A stretch of DNA of 64,000 nt, from positions 430 to 64,429 of the forward strand of contig CBDEFQ010000005.1 of the NCBI GenBank assembly GCA_965237485.1, given 5' to 3'. The notes under the pieces are model-generated. The model did no database searches. It saw nothing but the letters and a program-made list of their open reading frames with translations, and had not been told where the DNA came from. Made by a program: the position numbers and the translations under genes. Shown piece by piece: positions 1 to 10,925 of the stretch; within the stretch, counting starts at the first letter, position 1, and each line of letters starts with the position of its first letter. The stretch comes from Candidatus Poriferihabitaceae bacterium (GTDB taxonomy: Bacteria > Pseudomonadota > Gammaproteobacteria > Arenicellales > Poriferihabitantaceae).

Positions 1-177
1 CTCACCAAACCCGAGTGTTTCGGTTGCATCATCGCCAATCCAATAGTCAAATAAGTCGCCTAGAATATATAACTCGTCGATTAGTGGTACAGATTTTTCC
101 ATAAAGTCCTTAAACAAGCTCAAAGACGCAGGGCGATCAGCGGATAAATGTAAATCAGAAATGAAAGCGATTGTCAT
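1..177 (-). CDS. lpxH: UDP-2,3-diacylglucosamine diphosphatase, 5' part (runs off window)
   Basis: Manual translation from ATG at 177 gives [12 protein letters not shown]...[15 protein letters not shown], the LpxH metallophosphoesterase motifs; divergent from cysS as in many gammaproteobacteria. Confidence 0.85.
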   Translation of the reverse strand, partial: MTIAFISDLHLSADRPASLSLFKDFMEKSVPLIDELYILGDLFDYWIGDDATETLGFGE

Positions 178-277
178 ATTGCGTGGTGCCCACTGCCCAC
201 TGCTATTGGCCAGAGTGATTAGGTATACTCCGCGTCTTATTTAAATCTGTTGGTAGATTCTAACGCAAGGCGTATCA

Positions 278-1714
278 ATGCTACATATTTACAACACACT
301 TTCACGAAAAAAAGAACGCTTTTCTCCGATTAAGCCGAACAAAGTCGGTATGTATGTCTGTGGCATGACGGTTTATGATTACTGCCATTTAGGCCATGCC
401 AGAGTATTGGTGGTATTTGATATGGTTGTCCGCTATCTACGAGAGGCAGGATATGATGTGACTTATGTGCGCAACATAACTGATATTGACGACAAAATAA
501 TCCATCGTGCAATCGAAAATGAAGAGAGCTTTGAAGACTTGACACAACGTTTTATCGATGCATTGCACGAAGATGAAAGAATTCTAAATATCATCGAACC
601 CGACCTAGAGCCCCGCGCCACGGGTCATATCAAAGGTATTATCAGCTTAACGCAGAAATTAATCGATAAAGGCTTTGCTTATCAAGGTGATAATGGGGAT
701 GTATATTACCGTGTTCGTGAATTTGAGGGCTATGGGAAATTATCGGGCAAAGATGTTGAGCAATTACGCGTAGGCGCGCGCGTCGAAAAAAATAGTGACA
801 AAGAAGATCCTTTAGACTTTGTACTGTGGAAAAGCGCTAAGCCAGATGAACCGATTTGGCCTTCTCCTTGGGGTGATGGTCGCCCTGGTTGGCACATCGA
901 GTGCTCAGCTATGTCTACCTCGTGCTTAGGTAATACATTCGATATTCATGCGGGTGGAGTGGATCTGCAATTCCCACATCACGAAAATGAGATCGCCCAG
1001 TCTGAGGGAGCGACTGGCTGTGAGTTTGCAAAGCTATGGATGCACAACGGCCACGTGCAGATAGATAAAGAAAAGATGTCCAAATCGTTGGGCAATTTCT
1101 TCACCATTCGTGAAATCTTAGATCAAGATAGCAATCGAGAACGCATGGGCGAGGAGATTCGCTTTATGGTGTTAGCAAGTCACTATCGTAGCCCTTTAAA
1201 TTACACCGATAAGACTTTAGTAAATGCACGCTCTGCATTAGAGCGTTTATATAAGGTTAAACACCGCGTTAGGGATGTGACACACAACGAAGCCTGCACC
1301 AATCGAAATTATAGAGCGCGTTTTTATGAGGCGATGGACGATGACTTTAATACGCCCGATGCGATATCTGTGGTGTTTGATTTAGCGCGAGAGATCAATA
1401 AAAGCTTGGATAATGGTGTTGATAAAACATTGCTAAGCGCGCTGGTCGCTGAATTTGACCACCTGGGTGGCGTGCTGGGGATCATTAGGCTTGATGCAGA
1501 AAACTTCTTGGGCATAGGTGAGGTGGGCGATACTGAGATCATCTCTGGCGGCTTAACCGCAGTACAAATTACGCAAATGCTTGAACAAAGACAATTAGCT
1601 AAAGACAATAAAGATTGGGCCAAGGCGGATCAAATTCGCAACGAGTTGCTGGCGTTGGATATCGAAATCGAAGACAAAGCGGGCGATGTTTCTAGTTGGC
1701 GTAAAAAAGCTTAA
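278..1714 (+). CDS. cysS: Cysteine--tRNA ligase
   Basis: MYVCGMTVYDYCHLGHAR (HIGH-like), GRPGWHIECSAM and KMSKS motifs. Confidence 0.98.
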   Translation: MLHIYNTLSRKKERFSPIKPNKVGMYVCGMTVYDYCHLGHARVLVVFDMVVRYLREAGYDVTYVRNITDIDDKIIHRAIENEESFEDLTQRFIDALHEDERILNIIEPDLEPRATGHIKGIISLTQKLIDKGFAYQGDNGDVYYRVREFEGYGKLSGKDVEQLRVGARVEKNSDKEDPLDFVLWKSAKPDEPIWPSPWGDGRPGWHIECSAMSTSCLGNTFDIHAGGVDLQFPHHENEIAQSEGATGCEFAKLWMHNGHVQIDKEKMSKSLGNFFTIREILDQDSNRERMGEEIRFMVLASHYRSPLNYTDKTLVNARSALERLYKVKHRVRDVTHNEACTNRNYRARFYEAMDDDFNTPDAISVVFDLAREINKSLDNGVDKTLLSALVAEFDHLGGVLGIIRLDAENFLGIGEVGDTEIISGGLTAVQITQMLEQRQLAKDNKDWAKADQIRNELLALDIEIEDKAGDVSSWRKKA

Positions 1715-1806
1715 ATTCCAATTATATTCGTGCAATTAATAGGCAAAATAATGCCTGTTGTGGTGCAGTCTATTCCAATACAGGAATGATACCGAGAAGT
1801 TGATTG

Positions 1807-2432
1807 TCATTTCTGTTCAAAGATGTTTTTAAAGAGTTTAGTTTTTTCCTCATTGAGTTGTTTTGCTGCCTCATTATCAGTCATCTGATAAACGATATCG
1901 TCAAGCATTGTAAACGAGATGTGAGTTTTAAGATATGACTGTGCATTGGTCAACGATTTGAGTTTTTCATAAGGCGTCATCATGTTTCGATATGGATAGG
2001 TTTTGACTTGTTTTCCTTTGTTGTTAGTGCTGATCTGTGGGAAGAAACAAGGTCGGTGATAATTCAAATAAGGGTTAAGAAAGTCGGTGGCAAATTGATT
2101 AATCTCAGGCGCATATTTTTGCGGGATATGCATGAAGCCAAGATGCTTGCGCACGATGGCCCCATTGTTGCACTCAACTAAGGCATTGTCGTTACGGTGT
2201 CTAGCCCTGGATTTGGTCAACTCGATTAATAGCTTATTCAACAATCGCACCACCGATTGGTTAATGTATTCACTGCCATTATCGGCATGAAAGCCTTTAA
2301 TCACAAAGGGGAATTGCTCTAGCATTTGAGTGAGAATAGGCATCAAGAATGGCTCTGATATTTTCTGTGTAGAAGACACTACTTCAAACGGGGTGATCTC
2401 ATCAACGGCGTTGATATGATAGACCCCTTTAA
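1807..2432 (-). pseudogene. C-terminal fragment of ISNCY-like transposase (rve core)
   Basis: GFHADNGSEY and NDNALVE motifs; near-identical to 7553-8203. Confidence 0.85.
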
Positions 2433-4129
2433 CCTAGAAAAATCAGTTGAACCTCCACTAACGGATGTATTATCGTTGCAATCAATTGAATTAAAAGGAG
2501 AAACACCATGGTCGCCAAAGATAAATCCTTTCACCCAGAGGGTGCGCTAAAACCGGAGGTTTCAAACGCTGTTTCCACCTTATTATCGACTGAAACGTTC
2601 GATGGAAAAATTCACGTTGAATGGGATCCGTCAGCGGCAGTAACGCCCATAGGACCGTTGCCTTTTTTCATTCAATATTTAAAACTTGGTGGTCTGTTTA
2701 AGCCATGGGTGAGCAGTTGCCCATTGGAATATCGAAGCAATAACGCACCTGAGAAGATCAATGTGTTGGGCTCATTTTTGTTGTCTGTTCTCTCGGGTCA
2801 CAATCGCTACGCACACATGGCCAGCTTAATGGGCGATCGTATCAACACCAAAATGCTTGGAATGATCAAAGCGGTTAGCGACGATTCGGCGCGCCGTGCG
2901 CTGAAGAAGATGGATGAGGAACAAGGTATAGCCTGGCTACAAACTCATTTGCAGCGTTGCTACGAGCCCTTGCTCACACAGCCATGGATATTGGATTGTG
3001 ACGTAACGGTTAAACCGCTATACGGTCATCAAGAAGGTGCCAAGGTTGGCTATAATCCACACAAACCTGGCCGGCCCTCGCACACGTATCACACCTATAT
3101 GATTGTCAATCTTCGTCTTGTATTGGATGTTGAGGTCAAGTCTGGCACTGAGGTAGCTGCTAGTCATTCTTCGCCGGGTCTATGGGAGCTGTTGGATCGA
3201 TTGCCACGTTCATCTTGGCCGCACTTTATTCGAGGCGATTGTGACTGGGGTACCCAGGATGTGATGAGCGCTGCAGAACAAAGAGGCGTCAATTACTTGT
3301 GGAAGTCTAAGTACGTTAAGCAACTGATACAGCAGCAGCATAGCGTGTCGGGCTGGGATTATGTTATCGATGGCTGGGAAGCCAAAGAAAGTTGTTTGAA
3401 GTTGGCTGCGTGGAACGATCATCGGCGCGTGGTAATCGTTCGTCGTCGTTTAGCAAAGGACGCGCTGCTGGTATTGGAAGAGAAAAGTCAAGGCCAGCAG
3501 AGCTTTGGTTTTTTGCAAGAAGCGGATGATATTCGCGCGTTTGAATACGCTGTTCTGGTCACCTCATTAGACGATGAGGTGATTAGCATCGTCCAACATT
3601 ATCGAGATCGAGCCGACTGCGAAAACAATTTTGATGAAATCAAGAACCATTGGGGTTGGGGCGGGTTTACTACCGCCGATATCAAGCCCTGTCGCTTTAT
3701 AGCGCGGATCATTGCCTTGATTTATAACGGGTGGAATATATTCACTAGGCTGGCTAACCCAGACAAACATATGGAAGCGATTACTAGTCGACCGCTATTA
3801 CTGAGTTCGGTGGGGCGCGTTACTGAATCGGGGCGGAAAAAGACTATGACGATTACTAGCACGCACGCCAAGGCCGACTTAATTCGCGACACGTTTGACC
3901 AAATACAACACGTCTTTAATTCATTGAAGGCGATTGCGCCGCAGTTGAGCGTGGCGCAAGTTTGGTGCCGCATTCTAAGCGAGGCGATGAAGAAATATCT
4001 TGGTGGAACGATTCTTCAACCGCCAGATGACCGCTGTTTACTTGGCTAAAGTGTCTCGGAGGCAGTAGCGACGATGGAAGGGTTGTTTATGTTGGCCTCA
4101 TTGGAGAGGCTTTAACTGCGTTTTTTAGG
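2433..4129 (+). mobile_element. IS1380-family element
   Basis: Imperfect IRs CCTAGAAAAATCAGTTGAA / TTTAACTGCGTTTTTTAGG; 5-bp DR TTTAA inside the ISNCY transposase. Confidence 0.85.
2508..4049 (+). CDS. IS1380-family transposase
   Basis: ILDCDVTVKPLYGHQEGAKVGYNPHKPGRPSH, IRGDCDWG and YRDRADCENNFDEIKN DDE motifs. Confidence 0.85.
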   Translation: MVAKDKSFHPEGALKPEVSNAVSTLLSTETFDGKIHVEWDPSAAVTPIGPLPFFIQYLKLGGLFKPWVSSCPLEYRSNNAPEKINVLGSFLLSVLSGHNRYAHMASLMGDRINTKMLGMIKAVSDDSARRALKKMDEEQGIAWLQTHLQRCYEPLLTQPWILDCDVTVKPLYGHQEGAKVGYNPHKPGRPSHTYHTYMIVNLRLVLDVEVKSGTEVAASHSSPGLWELLDRLPRSSWPHFIRGDCDWGTQDVMSAAEQRGVNYLWKSKYVKQLIQQQHSVSGWDYVIDGWEAKESCLKLAAWNDHRRVVIVRRRLAKDALLVLEEKSQGQQSFGFLQEADDIRAFEYAVLVTSLDDEVISIVQHYRDRADCENNFDEIKNHWGWGGFTTADIKPCRFIARIIALIYNGWNIFTRLANPDKHMEAITSRPLLLSSVGRVTESGRKKTMTITSTHAKADLIRDTFDQIQHVFNSLKAIAPQLSVAQVWCRILSEAMKKYLGGTILQPPDDRCLLG

Positions 4130-4164
4130 TTTAACCTTGTCCTTATCGCCCTGATGCACTGTAT

Positions 4165-5340
4165 GGGCTCGTCGGTTAATACAATTTCAAACAGGGTTTT
4201 CGCCGAAGTCGCTTTTAGTTTGCTCAGCAACGCGTTTTTTGTGCAATAAACCGTCTATTGGCAGCCATTTTGCCACCAATAGACGGATCTATCCCTAGGC
4301 CGGCACCAATTCAACTCGTTCAACTCCCAATGCCATTAATCGCTTAAGGTTAAAACATAAGCCCCTGATTCCAACTTGGAACTGGACTTTAGCCAACCCT
4401 TTATAACGAACTCGCTTATTGCGATGAGCAAACACTCGCTCATATGGTGAACGAATTTTGCTAATCCAACGGTCTTTGTCTCTATTCTTGCCATGCATAT
4501 TGTTCTTCTTGATTGTTGCATCATGGCAACCGTTGCGCCTGAGCGTGGTTTTGGCCGGGCTCACGCAATAACCCTTGTCCGCATAAACAGCGCCCGACTT
4601 AGGGCAAACATGCTTCAAGCCGCTTGCATCCGTTACCTCAGCCGAGGTGGCCGCTATTTTATTGATCAAGCCACTTTGCATATCCACTGATGCATGCTCT
4701 TTGTAACCATACCAATATTTGCTATTTCCCTTGCACCCAAACCGTGCTTGCTTGTCCGCCGCAACTTTATCAACTGTCTTATTGTTGAACTCCTCTAATC
4801 CCATCTTTATCGCCTTATCTCTATCATCCCAAGTGGTTAGCTTACTGACCAACTGGCTGGCATCGACAAATGTGAATACTTCTCGTACTAAGCCCATTGA
4901 AACTAACCCGCTCCGAACACGGTCAAATAAATTCATCATACCCCTGGTTCCAATGCGTGAGCGAAAATCACCAAAGTAACTATGATCAGGAGTGCTCTGT
5001 TCCAGTCCTGAATCACAAAACCACTTAGCGGCCAGATTCTCTGATAAGTATCGCTCCATTTCTCTATCACTTAAATCTTCCATGAACTGAAGCACCAAGG
5101 CACGTAAGCCGAACTCAACACCTCGGCCTTTAGGGCCACGGGTGGCATATATTTTAGAGAAGGGTTTACTCAATGCACCAAAACATAATAGCTCATCGAG
5201 TTTACGGTAGGGATGTTCAGAGCTAACCAGAGAATCTAAGGTTAGGAACAGTTGGCTTTGATGACGTTTGCTCAAAATTGCAGGCTGACTAGAATCAGCC
5301 CATATTATCTCACGTATTCTATTAATTATCCGACAAGCCC
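4165..5340 (-). mobile_element. IS5-family element, copy 1 (1176 bp)
   Basis: IRs GGGCTCGTCGGTTAAT / ATTATCCGACAAGCCC; 5-bp DR TGTAT. Confidence 0.88.
4295..5275 (-). CDS. IS5-family transposase (probable TTG start)
   Basis: LSDREMERYL, TPDHS, FVDAS, YADKGY and RSPYERVF motifs; the ORF-track start lies outside the element. Confidence 0.82.
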   Translation of the reverse strand: MSKRHQSQLFLTLDSLVSSEHPYRKLDELLCFGALSKPFSKIYATRGPKGRGVEFGLRALVLQFMEDLSDREMERYLSENLAAKWFCDSGLEQSTPDHSYFGDFRSRIGTRGMMNLFDRVRSGLVSMGLVREVFTFVDASQLVSKLTTWDDRDKAIKMGLEEFNNKTVDKVAADKQARFGCKGNSKYWYGYKEHASVDMQSGLINKIAATSAEVTDASGLKHVCPKSGAVYADKGYCVSPAKTTLRRNGCHDATIKKNNMHGKNRDKDRWISKIRSPYERVFAHRNKRVRYKGLAKVQFQVGIRGLCFNLKRLMALGVERVELVPA

Positions 5341-5942
5341 TGTATCTACACGGATATAGCCAGGTGCGTATTTTTACAACCGTGGCCACCGAATTTTACG
5401 AAGCGTGGCCACTTGCACCAAGCCTTCAAACGGTCAAGTGATTTTAACGTAAAGTGGCTACACTTTGCTCTGTTGTGACTGGATTTTTCTCATCGATTCC
5501 CCCTCTAATTGTATTTTGTGCGCGTTGTGTAATAAGCGATCCAGAATCGCATCAGCCAAAGTGGCTTCACCAATCGCATCATGCCAATGTTGTGTGGGCA
5601 ATTGACTGGTGATTAAGGTGGCACCATTACCGTGGCGATCTTCTATTATTTCTAATCGGTCATTACGGTTTTGCTGAGTCAGTGTATCCAAGCCCCAGTC
5701 ATCGATAATCAATAGTTTGATTTTTGCTATTTGTGCCAGTAGCTTGGTGTAACTGCCATCACCATGGCTCAAGGTCATTGCTTCAAATAAGCGGCTAGCA
5801 CGAATATATTTTGTGCTAATGCCGTGCTCACAAGCCGCTTGTCCTAACACACAGGCCAAGAAGGTTTTGCCGGTGCCTGTAGGGCCTTGGATGATGACAT
5901 TGCGGCTTTTGTTTAGGGAATTATATACTTCAGTATGCAAAA

Positions 5943-6092
5943 TTACTTCCTTTCCAGCTTCCATCGTCTGTTTAATTCCTCTTTTGTTGGTTTGCGATTC
6001 TCATAGATTGTCTGTGAAGGGCGTTTCGCTCCCAAAACTTCTTTTGCTGCTATCTTAAAATCATTTTCTGTTAGGTTGTCGTATTTCACCAC
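5943..6092 (-). CDS. Small basic 49-aa hypothetical protein, last gene in the IS1595 element
   Basis: Manual translation MVKYDNLTENDFKIAAKEVLGAKRPSQTIYENRKPTKEELNRRWKLERK; GTG start 5 bp after the REase stop, stop adjacent to the IR. Confidence 0.5.
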   Translation of the reverse strand: MVKYDNLTENDFKIAAKEVLGAKRPSQTIYENRKPTKEELNRRWKLERK

Positions 6093-6097
6093 TTTAT

Positions 6098-6832
6098 TCA
6101 TTTTTTACTCCGTTTTTTATCAACATAGTTAACCCAATTAACCCAGTCAATCTCTCCTTGTTGGGATATTCCCGATTCAATAAGGAATTGAGTAACCGCG
6201 CCTTTTGCTAATGTTTTTGATTCCATTAATCCGTTTTGAGCGTGCGCAACGAATATACTCAGCAAAGCAATGTGAGTATCTTCCCAACCGCTTACTTCCT
6301 CCCAGAAGTCCGATCCTATGTAAGTGTAGTAGCTGCCTCTACTCCGGTTACTCGCAGGGCCATAACATACGCCCTCAATGCATCTTACATGCACGTTATT
6401 TCCCTGCTGCAAGATTACGAGTGGCTTTATTGAAGTAGTCAGACAGTTTTTCCTTTGTGAAGAGTTTCCCCAATTCTTTCCCGATTTTACTTGTATTATT
6501 GTTCTGGTTTCATTTTCAACATATTCTATATCTATACCTTCTGCTGTGGATTTCATCCCATTTTTCGCAGACTGGCATATAACAACTGCGCATTGTTCCG
6601 CCAACGTGCCAAACATAGTTTCTTCACTGGAAGACAGAAAGGCATCTAAGACCGAGGCCGCAAAACCATCAGTTTTGTTGGTGGCCCTTAAACAGAAAAG
6701 GTAAGGATTCTTTCTCCTTATAAGTTCCTCTGGCTTTAGCGTTTCCAGCTTACTTTTAATCCTGACTGCGAAGTCTGCGACATTCGCATTCAGTCTGTTT
6801 TCTGCTTTTTCCCACCATTCAGGGTAAATCAA
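6098..6832 (-). CDS. Type II restriction endonuclease, PmeII-like PD-(D/E)xK family (possibly damaged)
   Basis: RRKNPYLF, LSSSEETMFG, GIDIE and QVKSGKNWGNSSQ motifs; TTG start overlaps the MTase TGA. Confidence 0.75.
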   Translation of the reverse strand: MIYPEWWEKAENRLNANVADFAVRIKSKLETLKPEELIRRKNPYLFCLRATNKTDGFAASVLDAFLSSSEETMFGTLAEQCAVVICQSAKNGMKSTAEGIDIEYVENETRTIIQVKSGKNWGNSSQRKNCLTTSIKPLVILQQGNNVHVRCIEGVCYGPASNRSRGSYYTYIGSDFWEEVSGWEDTHIALLSIFVAHAQNGLMESKTLAKGAVTQFLIESGISQQGEIDWVNWVNYVDKKRSKK

Positions 6833-9039
6833 AACGATCTTACCCTTTGTCGCATCAAAGCACAATACTCAGTCTTGTCCAACATGAAATGATACTGAGA
6901 GAAGGGACTGATTCTAATCGGAAATGATACCGAACTAATCTAATTTCTGTTCATGATGGTGAATGAATACCATTATGAATGACCACCATATAGATACCCT
7001 TGATAAGGCACGCTTGTTGCTACAAGGCACTGATGAAATCGATCTGGCAATCGACGGTAAACGCAATCGCTATGATTTCATCAAACGCACCTTAATGCGT
7101 TTCAAATACAGCAAACCGGGTCGAGCCGATAAGGGTCTTGTGCTGCGTTATATCACACGCATCAGCGGTTACTCTTATGTGCAAGTGAAACGCCTGGCTG
7201 CCAGCTATCTCAAGCACGGTAGAATCCAGTGGCGACATCGTGCCACAAGGGGCTTTGCTAGACGCTATAGCAATCAAGACATTAAGCTTCTAGCAGATAT
7301 GGATGAACTCCACGGTACGTTATCAGGCCATGCCACTAGGAAACTCTGTGAGCGCGCCTTGGTTGTCTATGAGCAAACTGAGTATGCCAACCTGGCACGT
7401 ATCCCGGTTTCTCATCTATACAATCTACGCCGATCTAAACCCTACCAGAACAATCGCCGTCACTTTGAAAGACACATTCCAAGCCTTCTTCTATCGGCCA
7501 AAGACGTAAGCCACAGCCAGAAGGTCAACCTGGCTATAGCCGTGTAGATACAGTGCATCAGGGCGATAAGGACAAGGTTAAAGGGGTCTATCATATCAAC
7601 GCCGTTGATGAGATCACCCCGTTTGAAGTCGTGTCTTCTACACAGAAAATATCAGAGCCATTCTTGATGCCTATTCTCACTCAAATGCTAGAGCAGTTCC
7701 CCTTTGTGATTAAAGGCTTTCATGCCGATAATGGCAGTGAATACATTAACCAATCGGTGGTGCGATTGTTGAATAAGCTATTAATCGAGTTGACCAAATC
7801 CAGGGCTAGACACCGTAACGACCATGCCTTAGTTGAGTGCAACAATGGGGCCATCGTGCGCAAGCATCTTGGCTTCATGCATATCCCGCAAAAATATGCG
7901 CCTGATATTAATCAATTTGCCACCGACTTTCTTAACCCTTATTTGAATTATCACCGACCTTGTTTCTTCCCACAGACCAGCACTAACAACAAAGGAAAAC
8001 AAGTCAAAACCTATCCATATCGAAACATGATGACGCCTTATGAAAAACTCAAATCGTTGACCAATGCACAGTCATATCTTAAAACTCACATCTCGTTTAC
8101 AATGCTTGACGATATCGTTTATCAGATGACTGATAATGAGGCAGCAAAACAACTCAATGAGGAAAAAACTAAACTCTTTAAAAACATCTTTGAACAGAAA
8201 TGACAATCAACTTCTCGGTATCATTCCTGTATTGGAATAGACTTACTCACTAGATACGTCAATGCCTATATGATGCTCGGTGTAATTTATGTGCTGCGGC
8301 TAGCGTAGTTCCAGACCCAGCGAATGGGTCAAGAACCACGTCGCCGTGATCTGTAAATAGCCGGATAAACCAGTTGGGTAGTTGCTCAGGGAAAGTCGCT
8401 GGGTGCCCTGAATTGTTACATTGAGTAGCCATGTGCAAAACGTTCGTTGGGTATGCCATATCGCGCCCTTCCCAGTTCGCAACACGCTTACCAAATCCGT
8501 TACCATGGGCACTCTCATCACGAGTTTTGTCTGTATCAGACAAGTTTTTCAGCCGTGCTTTTTTCCAATCACCCATAGGTACACGCACAGAATCCTGGTT
8601 CATTTTAAAGTTTTTGTTTTTGGTGAAATGCAATAAACGCTCCCATGAGTCCCTGAACCGATTAGGCCACTTGCCCGGGTATGAATTCTTCTTATGCCAG
8701 CAATATTCTTCTACCCAGAGCCAGCCCTGACTGCGCATTCCTTGTATTAGCTCAAGAACATAAGTGTGCCTTTCCCCGTTAATCGCTCTTTCCTTATATA
8801 TTTAGAATAAAAGAACCTGTCGGCCTTAAGCAATTATGCAACTGTTCAGCACGGGGTAAAAACCATTCTACATATTTGTCAGCACTTACCCCTCCGTAGT
8901 TGTCTTTTCTTTGGTCAGCATAAGGAGGTGAAGTAACTATTAAATCGACTGACTCATCGGGTATCTTTTTCGAGATTACCTTCAAACAGTCTCCACGAAA
9001 GACTGTTGATGTGTGGACTCTTTCAAGAACCGCGCTCAT
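6829..9039 (-). pseudogene. N4-cytosine/N6-adenine DNA methyltransferase (beta class); two +1 frameshifts and an IS insertion
   Basis: [22 protein letters not shown] and [11 protein letters not shown] motifs; frameshifts near 8796 and 8270; last codons EYCALMRQRVRSF lie beyond the IS at 6829-6870. Confidence 0.88.
6871..8243 (+). mobile_element. ISNCY/IS481-like IS, copy 2 (1373 bp), transposase frameshifted
   Basis: AGTCT...AGACT termini; 5-bp DR TACTC; transposase split between ORFs 6963-7547 and 7553-8203. Confidence 0.88.
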
Positions 9040-9963
9040 GCCACCAACTCCTTGAATGTCAGTCGCTTCCCGCTCATTCCTTTACATAGTGCTGACATTC
9101 TATCCAGCGTATCTACACTACAATTACCCTCGTTCAGTCGAAACGTGAACTCATCGACATATCGCTGGCAGTGCTTAGCACTCCAGTTGTGGTAAATGCC
9201 GTTGTAGCCACGTTTCAGGACCGCCCAGACGCTCTCAATGCCGTTTGTATGCGCCATGCCGTTCACGTACTCCTTGGCACTGTGCTTGACCGTGCCGTGC
9301 TGGTAGGCGGCTCCTAGCTCGTTGTAACCCTTGTGTTCATCCGTGTAGACCGTAGAGCCGGCCTTAACCGTGCTTTTAATAAAGCCTTTCAGTGTTGCGC
9401 CATCTGTTTTGGTTATTACCTTGGCTTGAACGTTGCCGCCGCGCTCTTTGGCACCAATAACCGCTTGCTTGCCTACCACTCCACGTCCAGCTTTTAACTT
9501 CTTGTGTTCGTGCTTGTTCTTCTCCTTGCCGCCCAAATAGGTTTCGTCAATTTCCACGATACCCAGCAGTTTGCCGCTATCGCCAGAACAAGCCTCTCGA
9601 ATTCTCTGTAGCATGAACCACGCTGATTTCTGGGTAATGCCCAGCTCTTTGGAAAGCTGCGAGGATGAGACACCTTTGCGGGCCGTTAACATGCAATACA
9701 TAGCAACCGCCCAACACTGCAAAGACAAAGGCGATCCGTGCATTACGGGTATCTGTCTTGACATTAAATACCTTACGGCAAGGATTACAATAATAGTTGT
9801 GTAACCTTGGCTTGTATTCTTTGATCTTATCCGTGCCTTGGCATTTCGGGCAAACAGGCTTTTCACCCCACAATGTGTATTCCATCCATTTTGCTGATTT
9901 TGCATCTGATGAAAATCTTGTGATCAATTCGACTAGACTAATTGTCTTTGCTGATTTTTTCAT
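9036..9963 (-). pseudogene. IS1595-family transposase with a +1 frameshift near 9748
   Basis: Zn ribbon CPKC...CNPC (9577-9963 frame) and EIDETYLGGK, VYTDEH, HTNGIESVW, YVDEFTFRLN (9036-9905 frame). Confidence 0.9.
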
Positions 9964-10925
9964 TTTTGCCTTATCCTCTATATTTGCATACTACAATACC
10001 ATGTTATTAACTACATGTACAGACAAATAAACGGTGTGTCTTGGTTTGAAATTATGCAATATTGACAATATTCACTAAAAGACCCTTTGCATACTGAAGT
10101 ATATAATTCCCTTTGTTTACCCCGTCTAGGGCCAGTAACTGCGCTACCGTGTCTTTGTGTAAACCTCGTCTAGTTCGGTAATCGATGTCGTCTGCTTGGG
10201 CGCGATATCGTAACTTCGCTTGCTTGAGTAAACGCGTGACTTTGCGGTTATCCCGCACGGTGGCCTCGTGGTTTACGAGCAAACTGAGTCGTTCGATAAA
10301 GCCCAGCTCATCATAAGTGTTAGGTGGGTCGAACTGATAGCACAGTTGCTCGGCCATGCCCGTTAGGCGTAATTCATTCAGTTGGGTAAGGGTTTGTTGT
10401 GGAGTCATAGTATTTTCCTGTTGGTTATAGATGAAATGGTTTGGGTTAATGGTAGTAATCGGCTCCGCGCACATTGGCATGGGTGCTTGGCAAAGTCTGT
10501 TGCTTATCGGGTTCGGTAGGTAGCTTGTCGAGACGGGTTTGTAGTATTGATGCAAGGTGTTTGTAATGCAGGCCGCCAATCTTCTCTGCGCGTAAACAGG
10601 CATTCTCTAAACGCGTCTTGCCGTATTTCTTGGCAAGGTTAAGAATGCCCAAACAAGCACGATAACCATGTTCTGGATGGGGGCGATTTTCTAATTGATA
10701 ACGCACCACGCGCTCTGTCGCCGCACCGACCTGACTTGCCCAATTAAGAAACCGATCAGGCGTCCACTCTTGGTGTTTAGCATGAGCTTTAGGCATGTGA
10801 GCGACATGGGTTGTGTGTCCGCCTTGGCCCATTGCTCGCGGATGTTGCGCGACACCCTTGCCTTGGTAGAACACATCAATACAGTGCTCGCCCACGTGTA
10901 ACATTACTTCCTCGCCGCGCAATTG

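Larger units (their letters stand above)
5916..10111 (-). mobile_element. IS1595-family transporter IS carrying restriction-modification passenger genes
   Basis: Perfect 26-bp IR GGGAATTATATACTTCAGTATGCAAA (5916-5941 / 10086-10111); 8-bp DR TTTGTTTA; encloses transposase, MTase, REase and a small ORF. Confidence 0.9.
5458..10408 (-). pseudogene. istB: IS21 helper ATPase IstB, split by the IS1595 element (10112-10408 plus 5458-5915)
   Basis: N-part MTPQQTLTQLNELRLTGM; C-part GPTGTGKT, LIIDDWG, ADAILDRL. Confidence 0.9.

Noticed and set aside
4295-5389. Different N-termini on the three IS5 transposase ORFs
   Set aside because: The ORF caller extended into flanking DNA outside the IR; the shared start is internal
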